A stretch of 29,437 bases of DNA, from IMG/VR virus record IMGVR_UViG_3300008085_000092, positions 1 through 29,437 of that record, one strand, 5' to 3'. Under the pieces are notes generated by a model. That model was not told the DNA's origin. It saw only the letters and a program-made list of their open reading frames with translations, and ran no database searches. Source of the stretch: a virus (Duplodnaviria > Caudoviricetes). Below, in pieces: positions 6,640 through 15,700 of the stretch. Numbering within the stretch: position 1 is the first letter of the stretch; every line of letters starts with the position of its first letter. Both the position numbers and the translations under genes were made by a program.

Positions 6640-6960
6640 TCAGCCCGCGCGGCGGGCGGCCATCACCGCCTTGAACTCGCCATGGCTGGCGCGAATGGCC
6701 TCGCCCATCTGGAGGAAGTCATCCGGTGCCGGCTGTTCCGGCATCGTGGCGATCCGGGCGCGGATGCGGGCCGCAAGGCCGTCATCGAAGGCAACGCCTG
6801 CGCGGGCGTTGGCATTGGCCCGGTCGATCAGTTCGAGCGCATCATCGAACCAGTCCGGCACGTCGCCAGCATCATCCTTGATATATTGCTCGATCAGCGG
6901 CGTCGCGAAGGTCGACACCATATTGACGATTCCGAGCCATTTCACGGCATCTTTCAGCAT
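6640..6960 (-). CDS. hypothetical protein in the lysis region (106 aa)
   Basis: AAGGA SD; amphipathic N-terminus; colinear with the late operon. Confidence 0.7.
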   Translation of the reverse strand: MLKDAVKWLGIVNMVSTFATPLIEQYIKDDAGDVPDWFDDALELIDRANANARAGVAFDDGLAARIRARIATMPEQPAPDDFLQMGEAIRASHGEFKAVMAARRAG

Positions 6961-7030
6961 GTCTTGTTTTCCTTGAAATTGGGTGTTGATCGTCCGGGCG
7001 GCACCCGCCGCCCGGATCGGTTTGACCAGC

Positions 7031-7507
7031 CTATTCAGCCGAAGGCAGGGACTTGCCGAGCTTGATCACCTGCTCGATCTTCGGGCGCAGGGTAACCCAG
7101 TCGCGCACGGCCTGGTCCATGGCGGACTTGGCCGCCTCGACCTTGTCAGCCGGCGCATCGGCAGCGACCAGTTCGCCATAGATGGCGCGATAGGAGATGA
7201 CCGAGGCCCAGACATCGGCCGCCACCGCGACCCGATCGGCGGTCGCGTCGAAGGCCGCTTCCAGAGCCGCGCAGGTTTCAATCGGCGTGGCGGGCTTGGC
7301 GCAGTCGGCTTTCGCCTGTTCCTGCACGTCATAATAGACGCCGATCGCGGCCCAGGCCTTCTGGTCGATCGTCTCGGCCGCATCGGTGAGCTCGACGACG
7401 GCCTCTTGCGTTTCGGTCAGCTTGGCATTACCGGCGCAGCCGACGCACGTACCGAGCGACAGCGCTGCCGCGAGCGCCATGAAGGCACCCCTGATTCCAA
7501 TGTCCAT
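7031..7507 (-). CDS. putative helical lipoprotein (spanin-like candidate)
   Basis: GAAAGGA SD before ATG7507; signal peptide ending in an imperfect lipobox (CVG-C); Ala-rich helical body; directly after the endolysin. Confidence 0.65.
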   Translation of the reverse strand: MDIGIRGAFMALAAALSLGTCVGCAGNAKLTETQEAVVELTDAAETIDQKAWAAIGVYYDVQEQAKADCAKPATPIETCAALEAAFDATADRVAVAADVWASVISYRAIYGELVAADAPADKVEAAKSAMDQAVRDWVTLRPKIEQVIKLGKSLPSAE

Positions 7508-7567
7508 GACATTTCCTTTCATTGGTGGAGTTAGCCCGGCGATCCGGCCGGGCGCGGTTTGACTGGG

Positions 7568-8110
7568 TCAGGCCTCGTTGGCTGACAGGCCGCCATCCGG
7601 CTTGCGCCAGATACGCCGGCAATTGGCCGGCTGTCCGATCGCATAGAAATTGCGTGCGCCGAGCAGGCGGGACTTGTCGACGCGGACAATCGACACCGCG
7701 TCGCCCTGATTGCCGCCGAGAACATGGAAGGCGTGCGCATCCTCGCCGACATAGAGCCCGACATGCCCGCCGCCCGGCCGCTCGAACACGAGCACGTCGC
7801 CGAGCACGGGCCGGCCGGTGACGGCATTGCCCCATTTCAGCCAGTTGCGCGCGCCGAGCATGTCCTGCCGCACCGGCTTGCCGGCCCGCTTGGCGATGAC
7901 GCCGGTGAACAGGCCGCACCAGGGGATGGAATCATCCTTATAGAATGAGGCAAGCCAGCCGCCGATCTCGTCGGCCCAGCCCGTGACCACCGGGTTTGAT
8001 CCGGCGCCGGACACCTCGCGTACGCCATGGAGAGCGAGTCCCTCGATAAGCATGCGCGGGCCGGGCTCGGCCGCGAGGTCTGCATAGGATTCCGGTAGCG
8101 GTATCAGCAT
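7568..8110 (-). CDS. endolysin, TIGR02594-type CHAP/NlpC-P60 peptidase (180 aa)
   Basis: GVREVSG..SNP, DDSIPWCGLF (catalytic Cys), ARNWLKWG, GDVLVFER.GGGHVGLY (His), VLGGNQGDAVS; AAGGAG SD before ATG8110. Confidence 0.9.
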   Translation of the reverse strand: MLIPLPESYADLAAEPGPRMLIEGLALHGVREVSGAGSNPVVTGWADEIGGWLASFYKDDSIPWCGLFTGVIAKRAGKPVRQDMLGARNWLKWGNAVTGRPVLGDVLVFERPGGGHVGLYVGEDAHAFHVLGGNQGDAVSIVRVDKSRLLGARNFYAIGQPANCRRIWRKPDGGLSANEA

Positions 8111-8225
8111 GCCGATATACTCCTTGTTCTGATTGTATGGAGGGACGCTGTCCCGGCCAGGCGATGAGCCGCTTTTGCGCGGCCGCGCAGCGCGCGGCCC
8201 GGCCACAGAGCCATTGGCGCCAACC

Positions 8226-9032
8226 CTAGTAGGACTGACGCCCCGCCGCATAAAGCGCGGCAATTTCCGCGTCAGAAAGTGATTTATCCCAAAGCCGCAC
8301 GTCACCGAACCGGCCAATGAAATCACCAGTCAGATATTCTGTGTGGTCATTTATTCTCGTGTACCCTTGAGCAAGCGAAAGCGGCCCGGTGTTTCCGGCA
8401 AACGACGTCGATGACCATGACGCGGAAGACAATGTTACGGCAGAATTGCCAAGAACCCGCCATTTTGAAGCGCCAAGCCTGATGGTCCACAAGTTCCATT
8501 GGCCCTCCAGCATGACACGAGGATTAGCGCCGCTCGATCCTGCCTGATATCCCATGTAGACTTGGTTTTGCTGGTCGGTGTTATCGCCTGAGCGCGCCAT
8601 CCAGAAGTCACCCAATGCGTCGCTTGGCCCGCGAATGCTGGCCAGCGCGCCGTAGAATGGGCTGGCAGGTTCCTCATACATCCAGAACGTCAGCGTCGGT
8701 GTTGCTATCTTGAAGTCCGTTATGTCTGCATGGTCCACGATAAGAGCGGGGCCGGTGCCGCCCGGAAATGCGCCTGTGAAGTCCGTCACCGGATCAAGCC
8801 CAAGGCGAATCCACATATTCGCACTGCCCACCGCATCCGCGATTATGCCCGAGGCGTCCGCGCCTGCGTCCGGGTTCCACGCATGGATGACGCCCGCCTC
8901 AAACACAGGACCACCTCCAGGGTCGAGGGTGTGGTCGCCCTCAGAGATAGTATTTGGACGGATATTATCGGCCCCAAAAGCCAGACCTCTTGAGGGCAAT
9001 AGCAGCCCGGACGACGAGCTTTTATAGATCAC
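8226..9032 (-). CDS. LamG/concanavalin-A-like lectin-fold protein; candidate receptor-binding protein
   Basis: TLTFWM, GQWNLWTI, and C-terminal FIGRFGDVRLWDKSLSDAEIAALY typical of LamG-like domains; GTGA overlap with the upstream stop. Confidence 0.75.
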   Translation of the reverse strand: MIYKSSSSGLLLPSRGLAFGADNIRPNTISEGDHTLDPGGGPVFEAGVIHAWNPDAGADASGIIADAVGSANMWIRLGLDPVTDFTGAFPGGTGPALIVDHADITDFKIATPTLTFWMYEEPASPFYGALASIRGPSDALGDFWMARSGDNTDQQNQVYMGYQAGSSGANPRVMLEGQWNLWTIRLGASKWRVLGNSAVTLSSASWSSTSFAGNTGPLSLAQGYTRINDHTEYLTGDFIGRFGDVRLWDKSLSDAEIAALYAAGRQSY

Positions 9033-9535
9033 GTCTGGATGCCCTGAAAGTAGTTGCCAAGCTCTGTCATGCGAACATCACTGTCAATTACGCCAGCCGA
9101 CCGGAGTATGAACACAGCGGCCTGCATAACAGGGTGCGTGCCTGTGAGGCGGGTGCCAGATTGAAGGCGCATCATTTCCGCAATAGAACGGACATTCACA
9201 TCACCGGCATCGAGCGCGGCAAAATACCGCCCGCGCTCGATCTCGGTGAACATTGAGAACACCTCAAAAGGCGCAAATGTGGGCACCGTAGGAGCCGCAA
9301 TGAATTGCCCGTTTTCCCATACATAGCCTTCCTCAATTATGTCGCTATCGGAGGGGTAGATGATCTCCCCATTGGGGAAGGCTGCTTTGATGGCCTCTTG
9401 GTTTTGGATCACAAGGCCAGAACCAGTTTGAACAGCCGAAACTTTCCCTTCAAATAAAACAGTGTGCTGAGGTTTGATAACAGCGATCCTTACATTTAAT
9501 CCGGATGCGCTCTGCAGTTCCGAGAGAGTAGTCAT
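9029..9535 (-). CDS. tail-fibre assembly-like protein (168 aa)
   Basis: TAATG overlap with the upstream gene; IEEGYVWENGQFIAAP motif and helical C-terminus resemble fibre chaperones; low GC (23/60 at 9421-9480). Confidence 0.6.
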   Translation of the reverse strand: MTTLSELQSASGLNVRIAVIKPQHTVLFEGKVSAVQTGSGLVIQNQEAIKAAFPNGEIIYPSDSDIIEEGYVWENGQFIAAPTVPTFAPFEVFSMFTEIERGRYFAALDAGDVNVRSIAEMMRLQSGTRLTGTHPVMQAAVFILRSAGVIDSDVRMTELGNYFQGIQT

Positions 9536-10095
9536 TAGGCGTATTCCCAATTCGTGCTGGCCGCGTCATAGACAAGGCTAAAGGCGCCCACCAATGCTGC
9601 ATTTATTGTGAAGTCAGCAGCAGCTCCGCCTATCGTTCTGCCATTCCGCGCCAGCGTAATGTTGTTGGTGGCGACGTTGCCATCTGCGTCGGTGATCTGC
9701 ACTAGGTCGCCATCGGCCGGTGCGGCTGGCAGCGTGATCGTCACGGCTGCCGTGCCAGTGCGGACTCGGCACCAGACATTACCAGAGCCGAGCGATATGC
9801 TCGCCGCGACTTTTATCTGCCGCAGCAGATAAAAGGCCGGGACCGCGTCCGAGATTACATAAAGCGTCTTGTCGTCAGGCGGGCTTAGCGCATCATATTC
9901 CGTCTGCGTAAGATATTGGATCGCCGCCACGTCCTCGGATGCCACCATTGAGCCAACCGTGTCCGGGCCGAGGCCGACAGCCAGACGCTGCTCATCTGTG
10001 ATCAAGTAAGGCTCGCCCGCCAGCAGGGCCGAGGCCGCCGCAGCGGCCCCGATCTGGCCGCGGGTGCCTCGCTTGGCGCGAAACACGTTTGCCAT
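9535..10095 (-). CDS. tail fibre component with Mtd_N-like N-terminus
   Basis: FRAKRGT...LLAGEPYLITDEQRLAVG; LTQTEYDALSPPDDKTLYVI fibre motif; TITLPAAPADGD...NNITLARNG beta domain. Confidence 0.75.
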   Translation of the reverse strand: MANVFRAKRGTRGQIGAAAAASALLAGEPYLITDEQRLAVGLGPDTVGSMVASEDVAAIQYLTQTEYDALSPPDDKTLYVISDAVPAFYLLRQIKVAASISLGSGNVWCRVRTGTAAVTITLPAAPADGDLVQITDADGNVATNNITLARNGRTIGGAAADFTINAALVGAFSLVYDAASTNWEYA

Positions 10096-10097
10096 GG

Positions 10098-10937
10098 CTA
10101 GAAGGTCCCGCCATCGATCGTGACCGCATCGAGGGCCACGCCGGAAATCGTGCCGCCGACGATCGCCACGGCGCCGGCGCCCTGGGCCGCCATGCTTCCG
10201 GCATCAGTGATCTCCGAAAGCGTGTGCGTGTGCGCCGACGGGGTGAAGGTCGCAGGCTTGTTCGCCACCTGCGTCCAGTCCGGCGTCCGGTCCGCCATTT
10301 CCTGATAGGAGGCTTCCAGCGTCTTGTCGCCGGCGCCGGTATAGCGCCATTCGCGGCCGTCACTGGTGACCACGGAAGACCCGCCAACGATCTCGGCCTG
10401 CTGCGGCGCGGACAGATCAGCAATCGCGCCGGACGATACGATGGGCGCCGCGAACAGGGCGGCAGGCAGGCGCGCCACATCGAACACGCCGGACGTCACC
10501 AGCGCGGCATCATGGGCCGCTGGCGCGAACTCGGCCGGCTTGCCGGTGATGCCGGTCCAGGGCGCCGCATCGGCCGTGGCCGCCGCGTTGACCTTGCCGT
10601 CATCGTTTGGATCATAGACCGATTTCAGCATGTCGCCGCCGCCGGCCGCACCGACCGCCGCCTGAACAAAGGCCGTGGTGGCGAGCCGGGTTGAATTGTT
10701 CCCGGCCAGCTGGGTCGGCGCCTCGGGGTTGCCCGTAAAGACCGGGCTTGCCAGGGACGCAAAGTAGCCGCGCCCGGCCATCGGCACGATCGATGTGGCA
10801 TTGCCGCTGCCATCATCGCCGAAGCCTGCATAGGTGATATCATCCACCTGGTTCCAGCAGATCTCGCGGGACTTGAGACTTGCCGGAGCTCCCGGTGCGC
10901 CGGAGATACGGGCCTTGAGTTGAATCGTGACTGGCAT
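10098..10937 (-). CDS. tail fibre protein (279 aa)
   Basis: TIQLKAR..GAPASL..REI N-terminus; LASPVFTGNPEAPT....NSTRLATTAFVQ fibre repeat; GDMLKSVYD; two W..I..KP..F.P.AH repeats; ends IDGGTF. Confidence 0.85.
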   Translation of the reverse strand: MPVTIQLKARISGAPGAPASLKSREICWNQVDDITYAGFGDDGSGNATSIVPMAGRGYFASLASPVFTGNPEAPTQLAGNNSTRLATTAFVQAAVGAAGGGDMLKSVYDPNDDGKVNAAATADAAPWTGITGKPAEFAPAAHDAALVTSGVFDVARLPAALFAAPIVSSGAIADLSAPQQAEIVGGSSVVTSDGREWRYTGAGDKTLEASYQEMADRTPDWTQVANKPATFTPSAHTHTLSEITDAGSMAAQGAGAVAIVGGTISGVALDAVTIDGGTF

Positions 10938-11182
10938 CAGAAAAATCCTCCATCGATGACTGTGATTTGGCCCGGCGGGCCGACAAGTGTTTCAAGCCAT
11001 TCCGCCTCACTGCCGGAAAAGCCCTGGGCGACGGCCACGTCATAGGCCGAGGGGCCATTCGGCCCGGCCGGACCGGCGACCCGGATTTCGCGGAACTGCG
11101 CGTGCAGGGGCTCGCCGGGCAGGAACTCGACCGAGGCAAGCGCGGCGGTCGGGGCGAGGATGGCGAGGGCGCTAACTGACAT
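10937..11182 (-). CDS. short collagen-like fibre linker (81 aa)
   Basis: GPAGPNGPSAYDVAVAQGFSGSEAEWLETLVGPPG; ends IDGGFF; overlaps both neighbours. Confidence 0.75.
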   Translation of the reverse strand: MSVSALAILAPTAALASVEFLPGEPLHAQFREIRVAGPAGPNGPSAYDVAVAQGFSGSEAEWLETLVGPPGQITVIDGGFF

Positions 11183-11534
11183 TGCGCGTCACCGGTTTGC
11201 GCACTGGCCAGCGCCAGAGGCCGGGAATGACATCCTTCGCCGCGCCCTCGACCCGCACGAAATCGAACACGACAGACGAGTCGGGCGCCATCAGGGCCGT
11301 CGCTGCTGCCGGCAGCGTCACCGTCACGGCCGTCTCGGTGGCGCCGCGCACGACGCTGATCGATCCATTATCGCTGCGCGCCTCGAACAGGGTCTCGGCC
11401 GCATCGACATGGGCGCGGAACTGCGCCACCAGCACACCGCTATCGAGACTGACCGCGTCGGCAAAGGCGTTCGGATAGGCAATCGCGAGCGGCGCATCAT
11501 AGCCCGGCGCGATCGGTTCAACAGGGAACTGCAT
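11172..11534 (-). CDS. fibre attachment/adaptor protein (Ig-like beta sandwich, BppU-N-like)
   Basis: GGAGG SD; AQFR...VTVTLPAAATALM....VFDF pattern; first gene of the fibre cluster. Confidence 0.6.
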   Translation of the reverse strand: MQFPVEPIAPGYDAPLAIAYPNAFADAVSLDSGVLVAQFRAHVDAAETLFEARSDNGSISVVRGATETAVTVTLPAAATALMAPDSSVVFDFVRVEGAAKDVIPGLWRWPVRKPVTRNVS

Positions 11535-11555
11535 GGCTCAGGCCTCCGCTTGCGC

Positions 11556-11768
11556 CTAATCCGTGTTCCCGGACGCGCCGGACGGCGAACCGGGTTCGCT
11601 GCCGGCGGGCAGCTCGATCACACCGCCTGGCGGCAGCTTCGGGCGCGGTAGCGGGCGCGTTATCGGCTTCGGCTCAGGCAGGACGATGCCGCCCGGCTTG
11701 TCGCGCGAATTGCAGGCTGTGAGCAGGCTCACGGCCAGGGCCGCGATCATCAGGGATTTGACGGTCAT
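11556..11768 (-). CDS. small Pro-rich lipoprotein (70 aa) in the Cor position
   Basis: MTVKSLMIAALAVSLLTA-C canonical lipobox; GAAAGGAG SD. Confidence 0.75.
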   Translation of the reverse strand: MTVKSLMIAALAVSLLTACNSRDKPGGIVLPEPKPITRPLPRPKLPPGGVIELPAGSEPGSPSGASGNTD

Positions 11769-11801
11769 GGGAGACTCCTTTCAGGTGGGCAGGAACGCCC
11801 G

Positions 11802-12467
11802 TTACAGATGGGTGACATCGACGATGAATATTTGCGGGGCGGGGCTCGTCGTCGTCGGACCCTCGCCGCCCACCATGTAAAACTCGAACGGCATGACACT
11901 CAGCGACACGGCCGTGGAGGACGGCATGTGGACGCCATAAGTCCATGAGCGGTAAGGAAACTGCCCCATGAATTCCAGCTCCGGCTGGTAGTAGTCGTAG
12001 AATCCGGGGGTCGTCTGGATGGCCGCATAATTGCGGCCGGACGGCAAGCCGCTGGTGGTCCCCACTCCGCCTACGGCCTTAACCTGCAAGGGGGCGGCAC
12101 CGGAGTGGAAAACGACTTGATTGGACACGTTGCGCACGATCAGGCCATAGGTGACGCCGGGATCGGCCGTGTAATAGTCAAACACCCAATAATCGAATGT
12201 CGCGCCACTCGCGCCCAGGAAATAGAATGTCCACGTCGTTCCGGACACGGATGTCCGCCAGATTCCGACCGTATCCGCCCCGGGATCGATCGCGATCATG
12301 GGGGCCACAGCGCCGGTCACGGTCACGCTTGCGAGCTTGAGGCCGGTCGCCCCGCCAGCATCCCCCGTGCAGGTCCGGCTGCCTTTCGAGCGGAATGAAA
12401 AGTTGCGGTAAGACCCGTCAATCTGCATGACGCCGCTGGCATTGGTCACCCGGAATCCATAGGCCAT
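11802..12467 (-). CDS. tail-tip associated protein (221 aa)
   Basis: MAYGFRVTNASGVMQID and an internal repeat YGLIVRNVSNQVVFHS, typical of the gene pair following J-like genes. Confidence 0.8.
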   Translation of the reverse strand: MAYGFRVTNASGVMQIDGSYRNFSFRSKGSRTCTGDAGGATGLKLASVTVTGAVAPMIAIDPGADTVGIWRTSVSGTTWTFYFLGASGATFDYWVFDYYTADPGVTYGLIVRNVSNQVVFHSGAAPLQVKAVGGVGTTSGLPSGRNYAAIQTTPGFYDYYQPELEFMGQFPYRSWTYGVHMPSSTAVSLSVMPFEFYMVGGEGPTTTSPAPQIFIVDVTHL

Positions 12468-12751
12468 CAGTAGACCCCGTAGACCAGTTTGTGATCAACG
12501 CCCGATGCGCCGCCCCAGTCCCACGACAAGCGGTTCAGCCCCGCGTCGAACGCAAACCCGGGACTGCGGGTCGAATAGGTTGCCAACGCTGTTGCCATCC
12601 AGAACGGGGCACCCTCGGCAAACCCGGCATTGGTCACGTAACCATTGACCCCGCCGGTGATGGTCGCGACCCCCAGGACTGTTCCGACCCGGTCGGTTAT
12701 GTCGAGGATGATATTGCCCGCAGCGTCCCGGACCCTCAATCCATATGCCAT
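12467..12751 (-). CDS. small tail-tip associated protein (94 aa)
   Basis: MAYGLRVRDAAGNIILDITDR...LVYGVY; TGATG overlaps on both sides. Confidence 0.8.
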   Translation of the reverse strand: MAYGLRVRDAAGNIILDITDRVGTVLGVATITGGVNGYVTNAGFAEGAPFWMATALATYSTRSPGFAFDAGLNRLSWDWGGASGVDHKLVYGVY

Positions 12752-15700
12752 CAGGTCAGCAGGCCCAGCTCGACCCGCACCACGCCCCCGGCGTCATAGA
12801 CCTTGGCGCCGGTATTGGTCTGCACGAACCGCTCGCCGCTGGCGCCACTCTGGATCGTCACAACCCCCGCCGCCGTGACGACGAATTTACCGGCAATATT
12901 GATAGCCCCGGCCGTGACCGTGCCGAGATTGGCACTGATTGCCGACAGCGATATCACGTTAAGCGCCGCCGCCGTGACCGAGCCATTGACCAGCAAGGCG
13001 CCATCCAGGACCAGAGAAAGTATCTCCCAAGCCGAGCCGTTCCAGATGCGGGTCTGACTGAAGGCGGGCGAGGCGGAATGGATCGTGACCCGGTCGCCGA
13101 GAACCTTGGTATAGCCCGATGCCGTGATCGCATTGTTGGCCGTCGTGTCCGACCACGCCGCGCCGGACGCGAAGAACAGCTGCGCGCCACGCTGCCCGGC
13201 GGCCCCTGCCGCACCTGCTGCCCCGGTCGCACCCGTCGCGCCAGTCGCCCCGGTCGCACCCGTTGCCCCGTTCTGGGCAAGAATCACCGGCGCCGTCCAG
13301 CTCAGCGAGCTATCTGTCCCGGTGACACCCACAATACTTGCGAGCGCGTGCGAGACCCAGACGGCCTCCGGTCCGGATGGCACCGCCCCCGACCAGAGCG
13401 AGGGCGGCGAGAGCGTCTGCGTGCCGAAATTATAACTCCCGCCCGTTGGCGTTGACGGCGCCGAGGATGCCCTGCGATAGACCGAAATCTGATAGGTCGA
13501 GATACCGTCCGCGCCGGCGGCGCCGTCGAGCCCGGCCGCGCCATCCTCGGCGATCCGGAATGGCGTGGCCCAGCTGCCCGCCGTGACTGAGCCGGTATCG
13601 CCGGTGATCGAGAAGACGTAGCGCGCGCCATAGATCGGATCCAGCCCCGTGGGCACATCCAGCGCCCAGCCCGAGGGCGGCGTCAGGACGTTGGTGCCGA
13701 AGTTGAACGATCCGCCGCTGGGCACGGTTGGCGCCGAAGCGGACCGCTTGAACACGATCGCGGTATAGACGGACTTGCCCGCCGACCCATCCGCACCGTC
13801 AGCGCCTGGAGCGCCGTCTGAACCGTTCTGGACCATCAGCCCCGGCGCCGACCATACGATATCGGCATCGACACCGCCCGCGCCGGAGACGCTGGCGATC
13901 GCTACGCTGCTATAGAGCGGATCGGCGCCACCCGGGACAACGGCCGACCAGCTTGCCGGCGGCGTCATCGTCAACGTGTCAAAGTCAAACGATCCGCCCG
14001 TTGGCCTTGCGGGAGCCAAGGCCGATCGCCGGTAGATCATAAGCTGAGCGACCGTGCTGCCGTCCGCGCCATCGACGCCGGCAGCGCCGCCCGTTCCCGC
14101 GCCCGTGGTCACCCCCTGAAAGTCCGACCACGCCCCCGCCCGCTCGCCATGAACATAGCGGAACCGCACCAGATAAGCCGTAAGCGGCAGGAAGCCGCCG
14201 AAATCCACTTGCGCCCGGTCCGGTTCAAAGAAATTGACCGAGGCGGCCCCCGAAACAGCTGGTGGGGCGCCCCCGTCTGAGACGCCGTATTCCATCACAA
14301 CTCGATCTGCAACGAGATCGACCGGGTCTGCAGGCAACGTCACATCCAGCCGGATACCCGGCTGCTCGACGCTGCCGCTGATCAACTGGACTGCGCTGGC
14401 GACGACAGTAGGAACCAGAAGGTCACTGAGGCCATCAACCGGCACACCCGGCGGATCAACCAGGTCCGTGGCCGTTTCCTTCACCCAGACCAGTTCATCC
14501 GGAAAGACTTCGGACGCCTTCACATCCGCGCTGCCATCGATCTGGCGATCCGCCTCCTCCATGATGAACATTTTGCCATCCGGGAAGCCGCGCAGGTCAC
14601 TCTGCCGGAGGAACCATTCGCCCGGCGCCAGCAGGCGGGCGACTTCGGGCTTGTATGATTCTTCCTGCTCCAGGATACGCCGGCTGTCCTCAATCTTGAG
14701 CTTCGCAATCCTCTGGGCCCGCTCGCTGCTGGTCTCCAGCTCCAGATCGAGGCTGTCGGCAATCTCGCCATTGTCATCATCGACATAGGCCTCGACCGTG
14801 ACCGCCGGGAAATCGTCCCGCTTCCAGTCCGCCGCAGGATTGACGAACCGGCCCTCGATCTTGTTCACCATGTCATCGATGCGGCCGCCGGGATCGATAC
14901 GGCTCTTGCTGCCGCGAACCAGGTCATTGTCGGTGATCGTCACGACAGGCGTGCGCACGAGAGGCGGCCGGAAGGCGATCCGCCCGCCCTGGTCTATAAC
15001 GCGCGCCGCCATCTGGTCGGCCAGCCGCTGCAGATTCTTCTCATGGCTTTGGTCTGCCGCGAGCAGGCCATTCACCTCATAGCGCTTCTGAGTGCCGCCG
15101 GCCTTCAGGTCGACATTGTCATCGCAATGATCCGCCAGCATGGCGAATTCGGCATAGGGCACGGCATCAGACGCCTCGCCTACGCCGAACCACATTGCGC
15201 TCGAGCCCGCCATGATCCGGATACCGCTTCGATAATGATCAGCTGCGACCTTGGCATTGGCGCTATAGACCCAGGTGCCCGGATCGTCCCAGCGCTGCGT
15301 GCCGGCGCCGCCAGCCGTCGAATCCAGCCGCCTGTCATAAAGAAGCGCGCCCTCGCCGCCGAAGCGGTAATCGAAACTCTGCGAGATATCGTCATCCCAG
15401 AGGTGCTCCATGATCACATAGGCAACGCCCTGTAGGCGGTGATTGACCGTCCAGAGCGGCTCGGCTGCCACAAGATAGGCATCCGCGACCTGGTCGGGCC
15501 TCCCGTCATAAAAGGTTGCCCAGCAGCGGTCTTCACCCTTGTCGTTTTTGATGCGGAGCAGCGTGCGGACGCCGTGCACCAGCGGAGCATCGCGCACCAG
15601 TTCGCCATTGACCCAGATCTTGTCCAGCTTGTTGATGCGACAGTCGGCGATGGCCCGCACGCGCTGCCAGTATTTCTTCTGCTGTCCGTTTGTGAAGTCA

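Noticed and set aside
8111-8326. 72-aa N-terminal extension of the endolysin in the ORF track
   Set aside because: Overlaps the LamG gene; a strong SD supports ATG8110.
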